Source: Podarcis pityusensis
Lineage: Eukaryota
Assembly: GCA_964106645.2 (NCBI GenBank)
Contig: OZ067042.1
Length of the DNA: 64,000 bases
Direction: 5' to 3' (one strand)
Part shown: piece after piece, positions 45,002-60,008 of the stretch
How the letters are laid out: the number at the start of each line of letters is the position of its first letter
How positions within the stretch are numbered: position 1 is the first letter of the stretch
The notes under the pieces: generated by a model
Database searches by the model: none
Told to the model about the DNA's origin: nothing
The model's input: the letters and a program-made list of their open reading frames with translations, nothing else
Translations under genes and position numbers: made by a program

Positions 45002-45714
45002 CATGTTTCCAGGATGTCATATAGCACAAATTGTATGTAACACAATGAAGAGCATCACACCAGCTACAGGAAGTACTGTGCTGTATGAGAGTACTTTGAA
45101 AACAATATCCCAGAGCACCAACATGGGCACACGCACACACTCCACAACACTACAAATCACTTTGAAATGTATTTTTTAAAAAATAGACAGCTAGAGACTT
45201 CAGAACCACTTAAGATTCTAAATGTAGCAGAACCACCAGTGCAAGTGGCACTGGGTTTATGAAGGCTGCTCTAGCCACTGCAAGATCTTAAGGAGCAAAA
45301 AACTGAGTTGGCTACGTGGAAGTAGTGTCATCTCCAAACAGTTTCAAGACAGATGGTTCTTGAGGTCTGCTGCAGAATCCATTGTACAAACCTGTGAAGT
45401 TATCTCTAAAACTGTAGGATGGAAGGGCGAGGACTGTCTATCACGTTTGCATCAATGGTTCCAATTAATAGGCACTGGCACATCAAGAGGGCTAAACAAA
45501 ATGTGACTGTGAAGAGTTTAAACAGGGACAAGCCTGAGAAAAATCTTTGTTTCTTTGATAGATCAATAATCATCCCTTAAGGTCATTGGGCTCCAACGTA
45601 TCCATCCATCGTCCTTCTTACTCAGATGTAGCTCTCTAAAACAAACCCCCAATTAAAAGAGCCTTAACACTGTTCTGTACAACCTTTGTTTCCAGAGTCT
45701 TTATACCTCTGGCT

Positions 45715-48700
45715 CTAGACTTTTTCTTTTCTCTTCAATTTCGAAACTTTCTTGACAGTTCCATTCTTATTGAGAAGCTTCAGAACACGCTCTTTGTGAT
45801 CCAAGACCTTTAGCATGGATTCTCGAGCTTCATTTATTTGATCCATTACGAGCTTACATCTCTGCATATTCCCCTGAAACACAACACAGGACCGATATTA
45901 AACAGCTGAATGCCTCCTAGGCACACATGTAATCTTTAAACAACCACATTGAAATGTCAGAGAGTACATGACCTAAAGAATTTTAAAACAAATGAAACAG
46001 CCGTTTAGGAACAGATGAACAAGTATGTTTCCACTTTCTGCTAATAATAATCTGGGAAATTAGACTCTCTACATCAAATGTATTATGTAAGACATTTGCA
46101 TTTCAAGACACATAGTAATAATGGTGAACTTTCAAGGCGAAAGCAACCTCATTTGGACGCAATGCTAAACTTAGTGCTGCTTGGATGAAGCTTGTGCGCT
46201 CTCCTACTCCCCTTTCCACTTCTTGCATAGCAGCAAGGAGGAGAGTCATGTCCAAACCTGGATCAACAGTTATTTTTAATTATGGTTTAGGGAAACAAGC
46301 CAATTTCAAACCATGGTTGATTAAGTTGGCTTGTTTCCCTAACCATAATTAATATTAATCATAATTTAGAATTTGAATGGAATAATAAACTGCAGTTAAT
46401 TAAAAATGGGTATCTTCCTTATGGCTGCCACAAAGAGGATGGAGGTTTCTGTGACTAATGGACTAGTTCTTCTTCTTCTTCTCTCTGTCTCCCCCCCCCC
46501 CCGTGTCTGTGTCCCCTCACTTTTAGAAATTATATATTATGCTCAGGCTATGAATGATACACGGAACCATGGAACCTGTGAATATCTATTTTCTATTTGT
46601 TGTAGTGTTTAAATACATCCCAAATTATTCATTTTTTAAAATAACCATATGTGTGGTTGTTTTTAATATTTGGAGTGGCTATACTAAAATACTGTGTGGT
46701 TTGTTTAGTCTGCTTCATTTTCTACTTCCCTCTTTTAACAGTTCTTTGTTTCACGTTTAAAAAACATGTCCCACCATTTAAATTAAGAAAAAATATCAGT
46801 TGCAAATCACCAAACTGAAGGAGTGAACAATAAGCCTTTACCTGTATCAGTTCATTTATTCGATGCAAATCATCATCAGTTGCTGCCTTTTTCTTGGGAA
46901 TGATCCCTTCTTGCAGGGAGGTGAGTCGTTCATACACATCGTGCTCCAGGTTGGTCTATAAAATATTAGAATTTGGCAAAAATACCTAATATTTTCTCAC
47001 TGTTTCATATCAAGGGCTACATAAGCTATAAAAATTCCATCTGCTCATATAACTGCTTTCAAAAGATTCAGTACTATTTTTCACTGCTGACAGAACAGTG
47101 TTCCTCTTCTTAAGGTTACAATGTCATCTTTATTGCAACTGCAGTAGGATGCTCTCTGAAATATGCTTCAAAATGAAGCAGGGCTGTCCTACTTCAGAAT
47201 GAGGAAATAGGGAAACAGTAACTCCCTATTATATACAAGTAACTGTCATCCAATGCCTGTGAAATATATCCTTTGAGGTTCTAGTCCTCTTACCATCATC
47301 TCTTATACTTAGATCAAAACCTAGTTTCACATGCGATCAGTAGCCCCAGCACTCCTAAATTACATACACAATGTAATGTCACATTTCCATAGTACTCCTC
47401 ATGGCCTTGGGAGCTTGGTGCTAGAATACAAAGCACCTACATCACCCCAACCTGAAACAGAAGCATCCAGGAATGTGGAACAGTGCTGCCTCCTCCAGTC
47501 AGCAGCACAATCCCAGACACTTCTTCAGATTTGTGCACCAGAGGGATTTGCCAGTTTTGAGCATCTGTATAAAATGCATCAGTTCTTACGCCTGAATCAA
47601 GCCCTCCATTCATACCTGATATACATGTACTCAACTGCAACCTACAACATATCCCTCAATCTTGAAGGGAATCCAATTCCAATAGTCTTATCAATCTGGT
47701 GGTAATTTTNNNNNNNNNNNNNNNNNNNNNNNNNNNNNNNNNNNNNNNNNNNNNNNNNNNNNNNNNNNNNNNNNNNNNNNNNNNNNNNNNNNNNNNNNNN
47801 NNNNNNNNNNNNNNNNNNNNNNNNNNNNNNNNNNNNNNNNNNNNNNNNNNNNNNNNNNNNNCAGAAAGCTTCCTGGGCTAAGGCTTTTCTTGGAGGAATC
47901 TCTTCCTCATTTTATATGAAACTACCCCATTTCCCCCACTTACCAGCTGTAATAGCTGTGCTGCGCAAAGGTGGACCTTCCACCCCTGCGCACGGCAGGA
48001 TACACCTTTCTGATTAGCGATCTCTTGCAGCATAGCCTTCTTCTCTTCTAGAACAAGAGTCAAATATGAGACACAAGCAAATAATGAGTTTTTAAAAGGT
48101 GAAATGTACCTTATTCCTTGAGCTACAAAAATACTAAGTTTACTGCAGCAGTCATTTGTGTACCTGGTATGTGAAACCTGACCACAGATGTTGGTAGAAT
48201 GCAGGAACAGGGATCCAGGGTCAGATGTGCAATAATGCAACAGCCAAATTTTGTGATCTGAACAGGGGTGGAGTGGGGCTTGCTTTGAATCTTTGTATTC
48301 GAGTGTTGGTAAACTTAGTTTGTCTAATAGCCAGGGACTATATATGTAGAAACCCAAAAGTCAAATTCAATAAATACATAATGCAAAGTAAGCAAGTCTC
48401 CTTGCACCCACTTTTCTTGCATAATTCATTTTGCTAGTCAGACACACAGAGAGCAAGCAACTATACGGGGACTATTTCCTGTCAGCTGAGGTTCTCGATT
48501 ACCTTATGTATAACTAAACCTCAGTAACAATAGGAAAACTGATATGTATTAGCACTACCTCTGCAGTACAAATATTACAGTGGCTTTAGATGGTGGATAT
48601 CTTTCTAGGCAATTCGCTGCACATCCTATATCAGAGGTTAAATGTTTGCAAGTAGACACCTGTCTAATATTGTAACACATCTGTTCACCGACTCATGCAA

Positions 48701-51700
48701 AATGTAATGACAGAAAGACATACCTTTCACTCTGACATCACTATACCGCTGAAAGTGATGGTAGGCAGCTTTCCATGGGTTGCGATAGTGGCGAAGCAGT
48801 GTTATGGGTGGCCGAGGACGTACAGGCACATACCTCACACCTTCTTCATCTAAAGCAAGATTGAGAAAAATAACTAAAGCCTCTTTTAAGGTGCTTGCGT
48901 TTTGAGCTAGGAAAGAAAATGTGATCCCACGATAGGGCCGGCATACTTTGAATTAGAGATTAATTCAGCTCCAACAGCTCTCCCCCCCCCACCCCAATAA
49001 TAATCTGCCATGAAAAACTGATCTTTGTGGGGGACAGACGGACCCAAAGTTGATCATTTTTAGCTCAAATTCCTTTTCTAGTGGCAATCTTACATTTTGG
49101 GTGGATGGGTATTACTTGGAGAAGACGACGACCAACCAACCAATTATTTAATTTATTTATTTCCATTCACCTATATATTCTTTTGGAGGTGACTTGCGCT
49201 TCTCTGCTTTTACCAGCAAGCTTTTGGTAGTGGATTTCTCATCATCAGTGCTATTAGTCTCCATCATATCCCCTTCCTCTGTAGAGATTATGTGCTGCTG
49301 CTTTCGTGGTTTTTTCCTTGGAGAGGCACCAGGTGGCAAGTCACTTGAGGGCACTGAAAGGTTGTTGGCCAGCAGTGTAAGAGATGGGGAGACAGTATTT
49401 GTAGTCAGTGGAGGAACTGCTGAAAGAGAAGACAGGAAGGGACAAGTTTTAAGAGACTGACAGGTAAAACAAAGGCAGCTTTAGAGCCAACACCCTTGTC
49501 TTCCAAAGACTGCAAGGCTAGAGACCAGATGCTAACTGCCAGTGCAGTGCCTTTGTAAGAGGAGAACATTATGTTTTTCTAGAATCCCTCCTCTCAAGGT
49601 TCTTAGAGCTTTTATATATACTTTCCCCCTGATTTTCTTTTGAATGGTTTGGCCTTACGTCATGAATAGGAGTGAGCAGAGCTAAGCAAACAAAGTCTTT
49701 TGTTTCAATCCTCCCTGATCTCTTTTTTTCTGGGATTATGGTTACTATGACAGCGTTTGGGCTCCTTCAGTTCCCAATAAAGCTGGGAGGCACCTTTAGT
49801 GCAATCGATTGGCAGTTTGTGTTTGACATGCAAACTACTACGGCAAAAGTAACTTTCAGGAAATTCCTTAACAAATTGAATTTAAGAGTGAAAGCCTTGA
49901 ACAGAGACTATAAGGCTGCATAACTGTTCTCTTAGTGTTTACTACAGAGCAGAATTAAGCACTAATGCTTGATCTCTCCACAAACTTTAATAGCAAGTGT
50001 ACAGTGGTACTTCTGGTTACAAACGCTTCTGGTTACAAAGTAGCTGCTCCTGGTTGCAAACTTTGCCCCAGGATGCTAACGGAAATCACATAGCAGGAAC
50101 CCCATTAGTGAAAGTGCGCCTCAGGATAAGAATGGTTTCAGCTTAAGAATGGACCTCCGGAACAAATTAAGTTCATAACCAGAGGTACCACTGTATTCTT
50201 TTAGTTCTACCTGCCATTTTAACTATGCAACTCTTGTAGCTTTCAGTGACATGCTAGCTGTGGCCCTGCTCTTAATAAACTCTGACCCTCATTACTAAAA
50301 TCAAACAAAATATAATTTAAAATGAAGCTGCTAACAATCTTTCTAATTATTATCTGCTGTGGAGCTTTTGTACCTACTTTGAGCATCTCATTTGTAATTG
50401 CTTAAGCAGAAATCTACCTGAGACTGGCCGCATTATATCCATGGGTTCCACTTCCTCTTTTATTTTTATCTCTGGTACAACGGGGCCCAATACTGTAGAG
50501 AGGACGCCACCCATGGCTGGTGGAGGTGGAGGAGCTGCCACAATTGTGGTTGAAGTCGGTGCAGCAGCAGGAACAGTTCCTGGAATGGTTGACAGGGCAG
50601 CTGTGGGCTGCGAAGGTGGACTAGCTGCTGTGATGATGGTTGGAATGGCAGCTGGTGGCTGCTGGGAAGTGGGGACTGCAATTGGAGGTTGTTCATTGCT
50701 CTGAATGGATACTGCCTCCACAGATACAGTCACTGGAGTGGCCATAGACACATGGATTTCTGGTTTTGGCTTGGCACTAGATGAAACAAAACAAAACAAA
50801 ACAAAAAAAGGAAAAAGTTAGCAGTTTCACTTATTCAAGATCCTACTACCACAACTGTATAGAAATGCAGAGCCTCTGAAAGATTAATTTTGTTCTGGTT
50901 TTTTTTTTGTCTTTCCAGTTTTCTAGAAACATATCTTACAATATGGTGACATCACATAAGTAGATGGAAGTCTGGGCTTTCAGAATCTAAGTAGTACAAG
51001 CCCACCAGAAATGGTGAAATACAGTCACCAAGTTTAATGCCTTTTCTTCAGAATCTTGACAATACCATGTAAAAACATCAGAAAGCAACAAGCTTAGGGT
51101 TCCAGTGCTATATCAAAAAATGAGGTCTGAAATGAAATAGGTTTTAGCATTATGCTTGAATCAGAACCTTTGATTTGTTTCTCCCAAAGAAATCACATTC
51201 AGGAAACCAAGAACATTGGCTTCCTGGTCATGTTTTTTCAAATGCAGAAAGGAACCAGGAGTGCTGGTTTGGACAGAATTTGACAGTAAGCCAGTCAAAT
51301 TTACATGCTAAAAACCATCAAGCTAAGAATACATTTTAACAGATGATCCCCAGTACACTGGACCCCATTTTGGACAACACATTTTTGTCTGATCCACTAA
51401 GCTGCCTGCTCTGTGGTTTGTTTTCCCACTCAAAGAAGGGGAGAGAAAAACAAGGGATGCTAAAACTGTAGGCAGCATCATATGGCTCATTGGCAAGACT
51501 ATCTTGCCTAACTATGGCTTTGCATAGGCTTATATGTGAACATGGCCAATATGTGCATATTGTAGTGATCTGAGAAAAAGTAATTCAATACTCTTAAAAT
51601 AGCTCCCTGTTTTATGTCCCCCAAGTCCTAATCTGCTTGCACAGCTCAGTGATCATCACTGAATATTTCACTGAACTCCCATTTACCAAGAAGTAAGTAT

Positions 51701-54700
51701 GCATCAGCTGTCTCCACGGAGCTTATTATTTTGCAATGGGTAAGAACAGCCAGCATCTCTTTCACCTTTTTGCCAAGTTAGAATTACAGTACTTTGAATG
51801 CTTTACATATCTTTTTATTATGAGATCTTACCCAGCTGGTCTTGGTGATCCAGATGCACTCCTCATTGAGCTTTCCACTCGAGCGCCAGATACCTCAGAT
51901 GGCTGCGGAGGGATGAGGCTTTTCCTAACCGCCAACCTGCAAAATAGCCATGAATACAGTCGTTTCTGAAAAGCAAAACTATTACAATAGTTGCCAAGGG
52001 TGCTTAATTTAAAAGTGGTGCACTATTATTCTCTTCTGCTGTATTTATCCTATATAGGCTCCAGCTGGGGGGGGGGGGGTGATTAGAAATGTTCGCTCCA
52101 GCAGATTAATGGAATCCAAAAGATTCCTGAATTCTCAGGGAAATTTTCCAAACAGAACAGCTGCCTCTCCTGTCAAGACCCTAGTCTTGCTGTGGAAAAG
52201 CAAGATGATATAGGCCACTGACACAATTGCACCTAGGGGCCCTCTCCAGTCCTGGTTTCCCAAGAGGCTTTGGGCAATGAAACATGTCGGAAGATGGCTA
52301 GAGCATAGATTACTTAAGATGTAAAGCGGGTTTGACCAAACACAGGTGACAGAGCTCTTTCCTTGTAGGTGGTTACGAAACCACAGCTGGTGCAGAATGC
52401 TGCTGGACAGCCTGGGTCATGTAACACTAATTTCTAAAGTTCTGCACTGGCTGATTGTGAGTTACTGGGCCTGATTCAAAGATCTGCTATTAGCATATAA
52501 AGCCCTGAACGACCTGGTACTTAGTTATCTAAAAGAACAGCTCTCCCTATGCTGTCCAACTTGTGCCTTGAAGTCAGCACTGAGGCCCTGCTTATGGTCC
52601 CACTCCCATAAAATGCTAGGAGGCCGCTGACATGAGACAAGGCATTTTCTGTAGTGCTCCCTGCACCGTTGACTCCAGACTATGAAAATTACTTCCTGAA
52701 GAAATACAGTTGCCCCCTACAGTGGCAAGTTTTAAAAAACTGCCTGGTCCCTGTGTGAAGTGTTTTTACTCTTCTATTTCACTGATCAGTTACTCTGTTT
52801 TTAGTTTTGATTTTTTAAAAAAATACACACATCTCTGTTTTTGTAAGCTGCTTTGAGCTACGTACTGGAGGTAAGACAGGGTATAAGTCTTCACTAATAA
52901 ATACATATTCCATGAGTTCTCACATGTTTTATTGGTTCTGTCATAATGCTCAGCATACGTAAGATGACTGATGAACAGAATGCTACAAGGTTGTATCCAA
53001 CAATATTGTACTGTCGGTGCAAGGACTTTCATCTGTGCAATGAGACTTCTCCCTCTCCCACCCCTGCACACCTGGCCCAAATCTCCTACAGAGGACTGGA
53101 GAATCCACAGAAGACATGGGGGGGGTGGAGGGAGAGGAAATCCCGTTGCGCAGGCACAAATCCTTGCACCAACAGGATGGTTTTATTAGATACGACACTA
53201 TTTCATGTACAGTGGCAAGCAGATTGCACATTATCAAAGCAACTGCAATTTTACTCACCCATCTGTAGTAGGTTTCTTCCGGAGAATGCTTGGGCGAGGG
53301 GATGAACCCTGGGCTGGTGTACTAGAACTGGCATTCTGACTATGGGTTTGTACCACTGTAGTTGAAGCTGGAGCAGTGTTGAATGTATTGCTGATTGGAT
53401 TGGCCATAATAGTGGCTCCATCTGCCAAGACCACTGATGGAAGGAACAAAAAGGTTATAGGGAGGTAGTAGACAAAAGCGAGAGAAATTTAACCAGAAGC
53501 TGTTTCTCTTAAAATAAGAAGTGGGAATGTTGTTCCATTCTATGCTTGCTCAACAAATGCCAAATTTAAGGAGACAGCCATCCAAATCATACTCAGGAGC
53601 AGAACCACTGAACTCAATAGACTTAAGTCAATCTTTTTACATTGCTCTACTAAGAGTATAACCAAAATTGGATATCAGGCTTAGTGTTTTAAAACTATCT
53701 GCTGCTCAGTATACAAACGTTAACTCAAGGTGTTCAGTGGGGCTCTCTCAAAAATGTATACACAGGATTAAAACTCTAATTAGCCATAGCTTAAGAAAAC
53801 CACCCACAAACTTGATCATATATTTTTGCTAGGAGATAGGGAACAGCAGATACTGGTAAACAAAATAAAATGTTTAAGTGACTCTAGCAGTGTGTTTGAG
53901 TCAGAAACAGAAATGGCAGTTGTCCATGTTAGTGACAGCCCAAACCTATGCATTTTTAATCATAAACCCCACCAAGCTCAACAAAACTTCTAAGTAGGTG
54001 TTCATAGTAGTATTGCAGCAATAATTACATGATTAATTAAAAAGCAAACCCCAAGGGGAATAGTTATGGACAATTTTGCTCGCAACACAAGCATTCTTGG
54101 CTAGTTACCTGATGTCTTGGTTTCAGTTTGTGGTTGTTGAGCACCCATTGGTGCAGTCTGAAGACCCTGTGTGCCAATTGGGGCAGCAGGATGTAGCCCT
54201 TGGGTTCCAATTGGCGCAGACTGTATTCCTTGTGCACTGATGGGTGCTGGTTGTATACCCTGTGCACCAATTGGCGCAGACTGGATGCCCTGAATATGAC
54301 GGGCGTGAGATGCATCCACTGTCATCAGCTGCATGGGATTAAGATGAACTGTGGAGGCCACTCCTACTCCAGTCTGAGCTGCTATGGCAGAATTTGGCGC
54401 CTGAGCTGAAACTGGAAATACCAAACAATAGACTTAATTACTTCCACACAAAACAGCCAATTTATTATCTTGTGTTGCCAAGCAGCATTGTTAGATTTTG
54501 TATTTAAATACTTGTAGTTTATGCACACATCTGTGGTCCTGCTGAAGATGCCAACAGATTAAATAAGATTCATAAGCCAGCCCTTCCAGCATTACGTTTA
54601 TACAGCAGCAACACTGGCTTCATAATGCTAAAGCTGAATTATAATAATCCTCATGAGCGCTGCTGAGGTTATATATGCAAAGAAAAAGATCTATTCCAAT

Positions 54701-57700
54701 ACTCCAAAGAAAACATATGGCCCATTCACAGCTAGGGTCTAGCTATAACAAGTTTTCTGATTAGCTGAAGTAATTTAGAAGAGGTTATTACTGGATATTC
54801 CAATAGTTTGGAATAGAGCAGCTGAACGCTGTAAACATGGAGCTCATGTAATACAATGGCTGAGAACACAAAGCAGAGACTTGCCAGTTAAACTTTCACC
54901 TCAATTGCCAAGCTATTAGAAGTTATTTCCCATTGTCAGTCCTGGTTTGGAGAGCTTGCACAAACCACAATTTGCCAGTTTAGATTTAACAGCAAACCCC
55001 TGTTTCCAAAAACAACAGGACATCCAAGAGAAGGGTGGAAGAGGACTGTCAGGAGGATTTTTGTTATTGTTTGTAGCAGTAGCCATTGTAATACAAATCA
55101 CAAGAAACAAACAAGTCAATTTGAGAGTAATTACAAAATACCAATTTTTCAGAACAGCAAATCACCAAAACTTAAAAACTGCAGAATTCCCCAAATCATT
55201 TAGATTAAAAATTCCCCTTGGCAGTCACTATATTTGGGGGTCAAAAAAGACTGTATGTGGTAGCCACCAAAGTAGTTCTGTTGGCACAAAGAGCTCTAGC
55301 TGTGCAATGGAATTTCCTCTCCTCCTCGGCCCCCTGTGCACCCCCCTGTATTTTCTGGGGATTCCCCCAGTTCTCCTGAGCAGATTTGAGGAGGGCACAG
55401 GGAAGAGGAGAGGGAAAGGAAAACCCACTGCGAAGCCAGAAGTTTTTAGCAAAATAACTAACATCCTTTGTTGATCTGCTTCATCATTATCTTGACTTGA
55501 GCAAGCTTTGCAGAGAGGGTTTTTTAAAAATTATTTAAATATTAAATTTGCCAGATAACCTTTGCTTGTTTCCCAAAGTACTTTGGAACCCCACTTTGAA
55601 CTTAAAAAAGAAAAGTTTATGCAGAAAGCTCATTTATGTAGCTGCTCTAAAACTCTTCTGTAAATCAAACTTTGAGATTCCTTACCAGGATATTGGCGTA
55701 TAGTGGATACAGAGCTGGTAATTGGTGTATAAGTGTGGGCAGCCAAAGGGTAAGGAGGTGGATATGTTGGTAAGAAGTACTGGAATTGAACAGGTACTGA
55801 CTGTCTAGAGGAATGAAGATAAATTAAATGTTAGACACAACAGTATAATCGTAGCCTTCAAATGAACTGTAGCAGTGATTGTTAATTAACCTTTGTTGCA
55901 ATGCAATCGACTGTTCTAGTTTGCTAGCTTCTTTGTGGGCTATCACATTTACCTACTTGGAAGGATACCCCAAAAAGCTTCCAAATTCAAACCCTCTTTC
56001 TATACCCTGACAATGTTGAACAGTATAATTCAATAAAGAGTAAACAGAAGAAGTGAAGTGAAAGGATTTCTACATTTGCACGTACTTCATGTCACTATGT
56101 AGTCTGTTTGTATAACATGTATACACCTGACACTATTTCCACTTCCTAACAATGCAGCTCCTTTCCCTTCATGTACAGCTGCCCTGAAATGCAGGAGTTG
56201 AATTTGACATGCAGCATTATTTGCTCCTCGGGAACCTGACAATTCCCTGAATCCACACCCTTTTAAACAAACTGTAGAATTTGAAGCGCACTGTCCATAA
56301 CTCACAGAACTGGAAGCAGAAATTGTGGCTTGGTTACCTAGATGCCTTTTCAGCCAGATTGGTTCAAATCAATCCAAAATCACAAGCCCTTCTTTCATCA
56401 GAAATATGCAAAGCCTTAGCTGGCGCAATCCTATGCACATCTATTCAGAAACTAATCTCACCAAGTTCAATTGGGCTTACTCTCAGATATGTGTGCGCAT
56501 AGGATTAGCTTTGGATACTTAAGTTAACTGAGAGATCAAAACACATTTCATTATATTTTTGCAGATGTCCTCATGTATAACATACATGCAATATAACCAA
56601 GATGATTAAGTACCTATCCTATGTGAGTAAATTCATTCAGTTACCTGTTATCATTTCTAGCTTCCATGGCAACTGGGTTTGGAGATGCCCGGTGCCCAGA
56701 TATAGGAATGAGATTACTCCTCTCTGCAGTGTAATCAGACTGGATGCGAGGGGAAGTGTGCGTAATTTGCTGTGGGACTACTTTAGCTGTACAGTGAAAA
56801 AAGACATCCCAGTTATTCACAAAGTAAACTGTAGTAGATTCATACTAGGAAACAGATACTGATTGTTCCTTTGCTGGAGCAAGATGCACTCCCAACCTCC
56901 ATTCCACTGATGGGTAGCAGGAGCATGGCTTGCTCAAGCAGGAGAAGCTGCTTCTCCTACCCAGCACTACTGTTGGAAGCCACCCAGTGTGGCTACTTTT
57001 CACCTTTAACAAGACGGGTGGAAAGGAGCAGCGCAGGGAGGGTTGCAAAGCACAGGGCTGACAAGACCCATTGTGCTGTAGTTCTCAAGCTTGGAAACCC
57101 CACACAAGGGGTTTCAACAGGTAGGTGGGACCAGACACCTGTCAAAGTTACCCTGTGGGAAGCAAAGAAGTTTCCTCACCCCTGATGTACCTAGTCCATT
57201 CTGTCCCCAGCAGAAAATAAAATGATAGATCAAAGGACAATGAAGCTCAGAACTAATGCTCTTACCGACGGGGATGTTTGAGGTGGTCACAGCCGTTGCA
57301 TGGGAGGAGTGTGAGGGCATAGTCACTGTGACAATTGTACTTGTTGGTGCTTGGGTGTGGGATACAGAACCTGAAAGGAAGAAAGGTGCACACACAATTA
57401 AACATTCTTCAGAGTCTGTGCCTTTGACAGAAAATGTATATCACAAATATATGGAAACTTCTAAGCTGGGAAATTTCTGTTGCTCCTTGTAGAACAGTTA
57501 GACCCCTAGCCTGCTTCTGCAGTAACTGGGGTAGTGTTCTCCATGTGTGCCTAGCCTCCAAAATCACATCTTAAAATCATACACTAATTTTATTGTGCCA
57601 CCCAATAATTATGAGAAATAAAGGGCTTTTTTTTAGCAAGATAAAGGTAAAGGTACTCCTGACCATTAGGTCCAGTCGCGGACAACTCTGGGGTTGTGGC

Positions 57701-59969
57701 GCACATCTCGCTCTATAGGCCAAGGGAGCCGGCGTTTGTCTGCAGACAGCTTCCGGGTCATGTGGCCAGCATGACTAAGCCGCTTCTGGTGAACCGGAGC
57801 GGTACCTATTTATCTACTTGCACTTGACATGCTTTCGAACTGCTAGGTGGGCAGAAAGCTGGGACCGAACAATGGGAGCTCACCCCGTCGCGGGGATTCG
57901 AACCACCAACCTTCTGATTGGCAAGCCCTAGGCTCTGTGGTTTAGACCACAGCGCCACCCGTGTCCTTTAGCAGGATACTTCAACCCTAATAACTGGTTT
58001 TTGTATTTGTGCATAAAAAATGCTGAGCTGTAGATACTCACCAGCTGTAGTTGCCGAAGGAATGGTATTGGTTGCTAAAATAGGGGCCACAGTTGCTGCT
58101 GCCACTGGAGCACCAGTACTAAATATTGTTTTCTGCAGGGGGGAAAAAGTTGTCTGTCAAGAAACCATGATTGGCATATTTCGGAATCTTGGAACAGAGA
58201 TGGCACTTCCCCCGATCTGATGCTTTACAGAGGAGCTGGAGTAGATGGGCTCCCATTGTTGGTCTAAGTGACCAGCTCACGAGAGTCCACAAGCTAGCTA
58301 GACTATCAGCCACAGCACAGCAGGATGCCATGAACCAACAGGGCTTTTTAAGCCTCTTACAGCAGCACCAGAGGACTGAGCAAAAGAAAGATGCTAGGTA
58401 TATCAAACACCAAGTAGAAAAGCAGCAACCTAGAAGAGGAAAGGAAGGCTAGACTTGCTTGGCAGATTAAAGAAAGCAAGGAGGCAGACTGTGTTCCCGA
58501 AAGGAAAGAAGCTCCAGACTTAGGAATGGAGGATTGTGGGTTGGAAGTTTCCCTCCCGCTGTCCAGGCCAACAATATGTTTCATGCCATGTCATGAAACC
58601 TCATTCAACTATCTTATAAAACCATATGGTAAAAGTCAGACAACAACATGGAAGAAACTGCGCTGATCGTGTTTATAATATTTACCTGAGCCATGGTGTG
58701 AAGCTGCTGTTTCTGTGTTCCTATGGCTGGATGGGACGGCAAGGTAATTCTGGTTGCTGTATCCCGTGGCTGTGCAGGGCGCTGAATACTGATAGGTGCA
58801 GAAGGTGGGTGCTGCTGAATTGACAATGTTGGCCGGCTGGAAAAGACAATCTAAGGTTCTTTTTCTGAAAGCACTTAACAGTCCGTCGACTCATTTTATG
58901 AAGAGACACCACAATGGAGCTTAGAATGGCTTCTTCATTGTGCATTACATGAATTAATGCACCAACAGCATTTCTTCTGGACAGTTCAATCAATGCTGTT
59001 TCAAATTATATGGCCACCATGTGAAAGGGTGTTTAGCTGCATAGCAAGATGTTGCACACAGAATGGCTCCTTTCATGGAGCAGCTGCCTAGGGAGGCCGT
59101 TTGAAGCAGCTCCCATTAGATGGCCATATTGTGTAAAGTGGTCCTCAGTTAAATAACCGAATGTACCTTTTTTTATTTAAGAAAGCAATCCCAAGACATA
59201 TTTACTAGGGAGTAAGCTCCACTGAGCACAGAGTGACTTACTTCCAAATAAACGTATCTATGATTGTACTGTTAATGGGTGTAGTGGTTACCTGAGGGTA
59301 GCTTCTGTGGCATGTGTTGTCGTTGTTGTAATAACGGGTGATTGGGCCCTCGTGGCCGACACTGTTGCTACTACAGCAGGAGGGATGGTACTTGAAGTTG
59401 TCACAGGAGGCCGGGACTGTGGTAGGTAAGGAAAAAGTATTACATTAGGGATTTCAACCAATAATTTTAAAGAATTATTCACTGCCTAAATGTAAAGAAA
59501 TTACACATAGCAAAACTTTGTAAAAATGGACCTCTGAGTCTCCTAAGGGTCAGATAATTTGATTGCCAGACACATTTTTCTCCCTTAGCAATATGTAGAT
59601 CATTTTTGTAAAGCAACCTTACAAACTAGGAACTATTTTACATATAAACAGAGCTTGGCATGGTAAGCTCCACAACTGTGCTTGCATCACACTGAGCTCC
59701 CTGCTGCCTTGCTTATCCTCCTTGGTAACTGGCAGCAAAGTGCAGCACTGGGAAGTCAGGAAAGCAATGCAGCCCCACGTGTGTCAGCCACCACTGCACA
59801 CAAATGGAGCTAAAAGCCAACCAACCATTAACAACAGGGCTTCAAACAAAATGGAAAGCTCTTAACTGGGGGAGTTAATCTGAAGTTCACTCTTTGGATA
59901 ATATTATTAGTTTGCTCCCTTTACAGGTTCTTTAAATCTTGGCCTGCAATGCTGAAGAATTTGAGTCAC

Positions 59970-60008
<39 letters not shown>

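Noticed and set aside
54947-55474. 175-aa plus-strand ORF antisense to a SAP130 intron
   Set aside because: Runs through a palindromic repeat element; no protein-like features.
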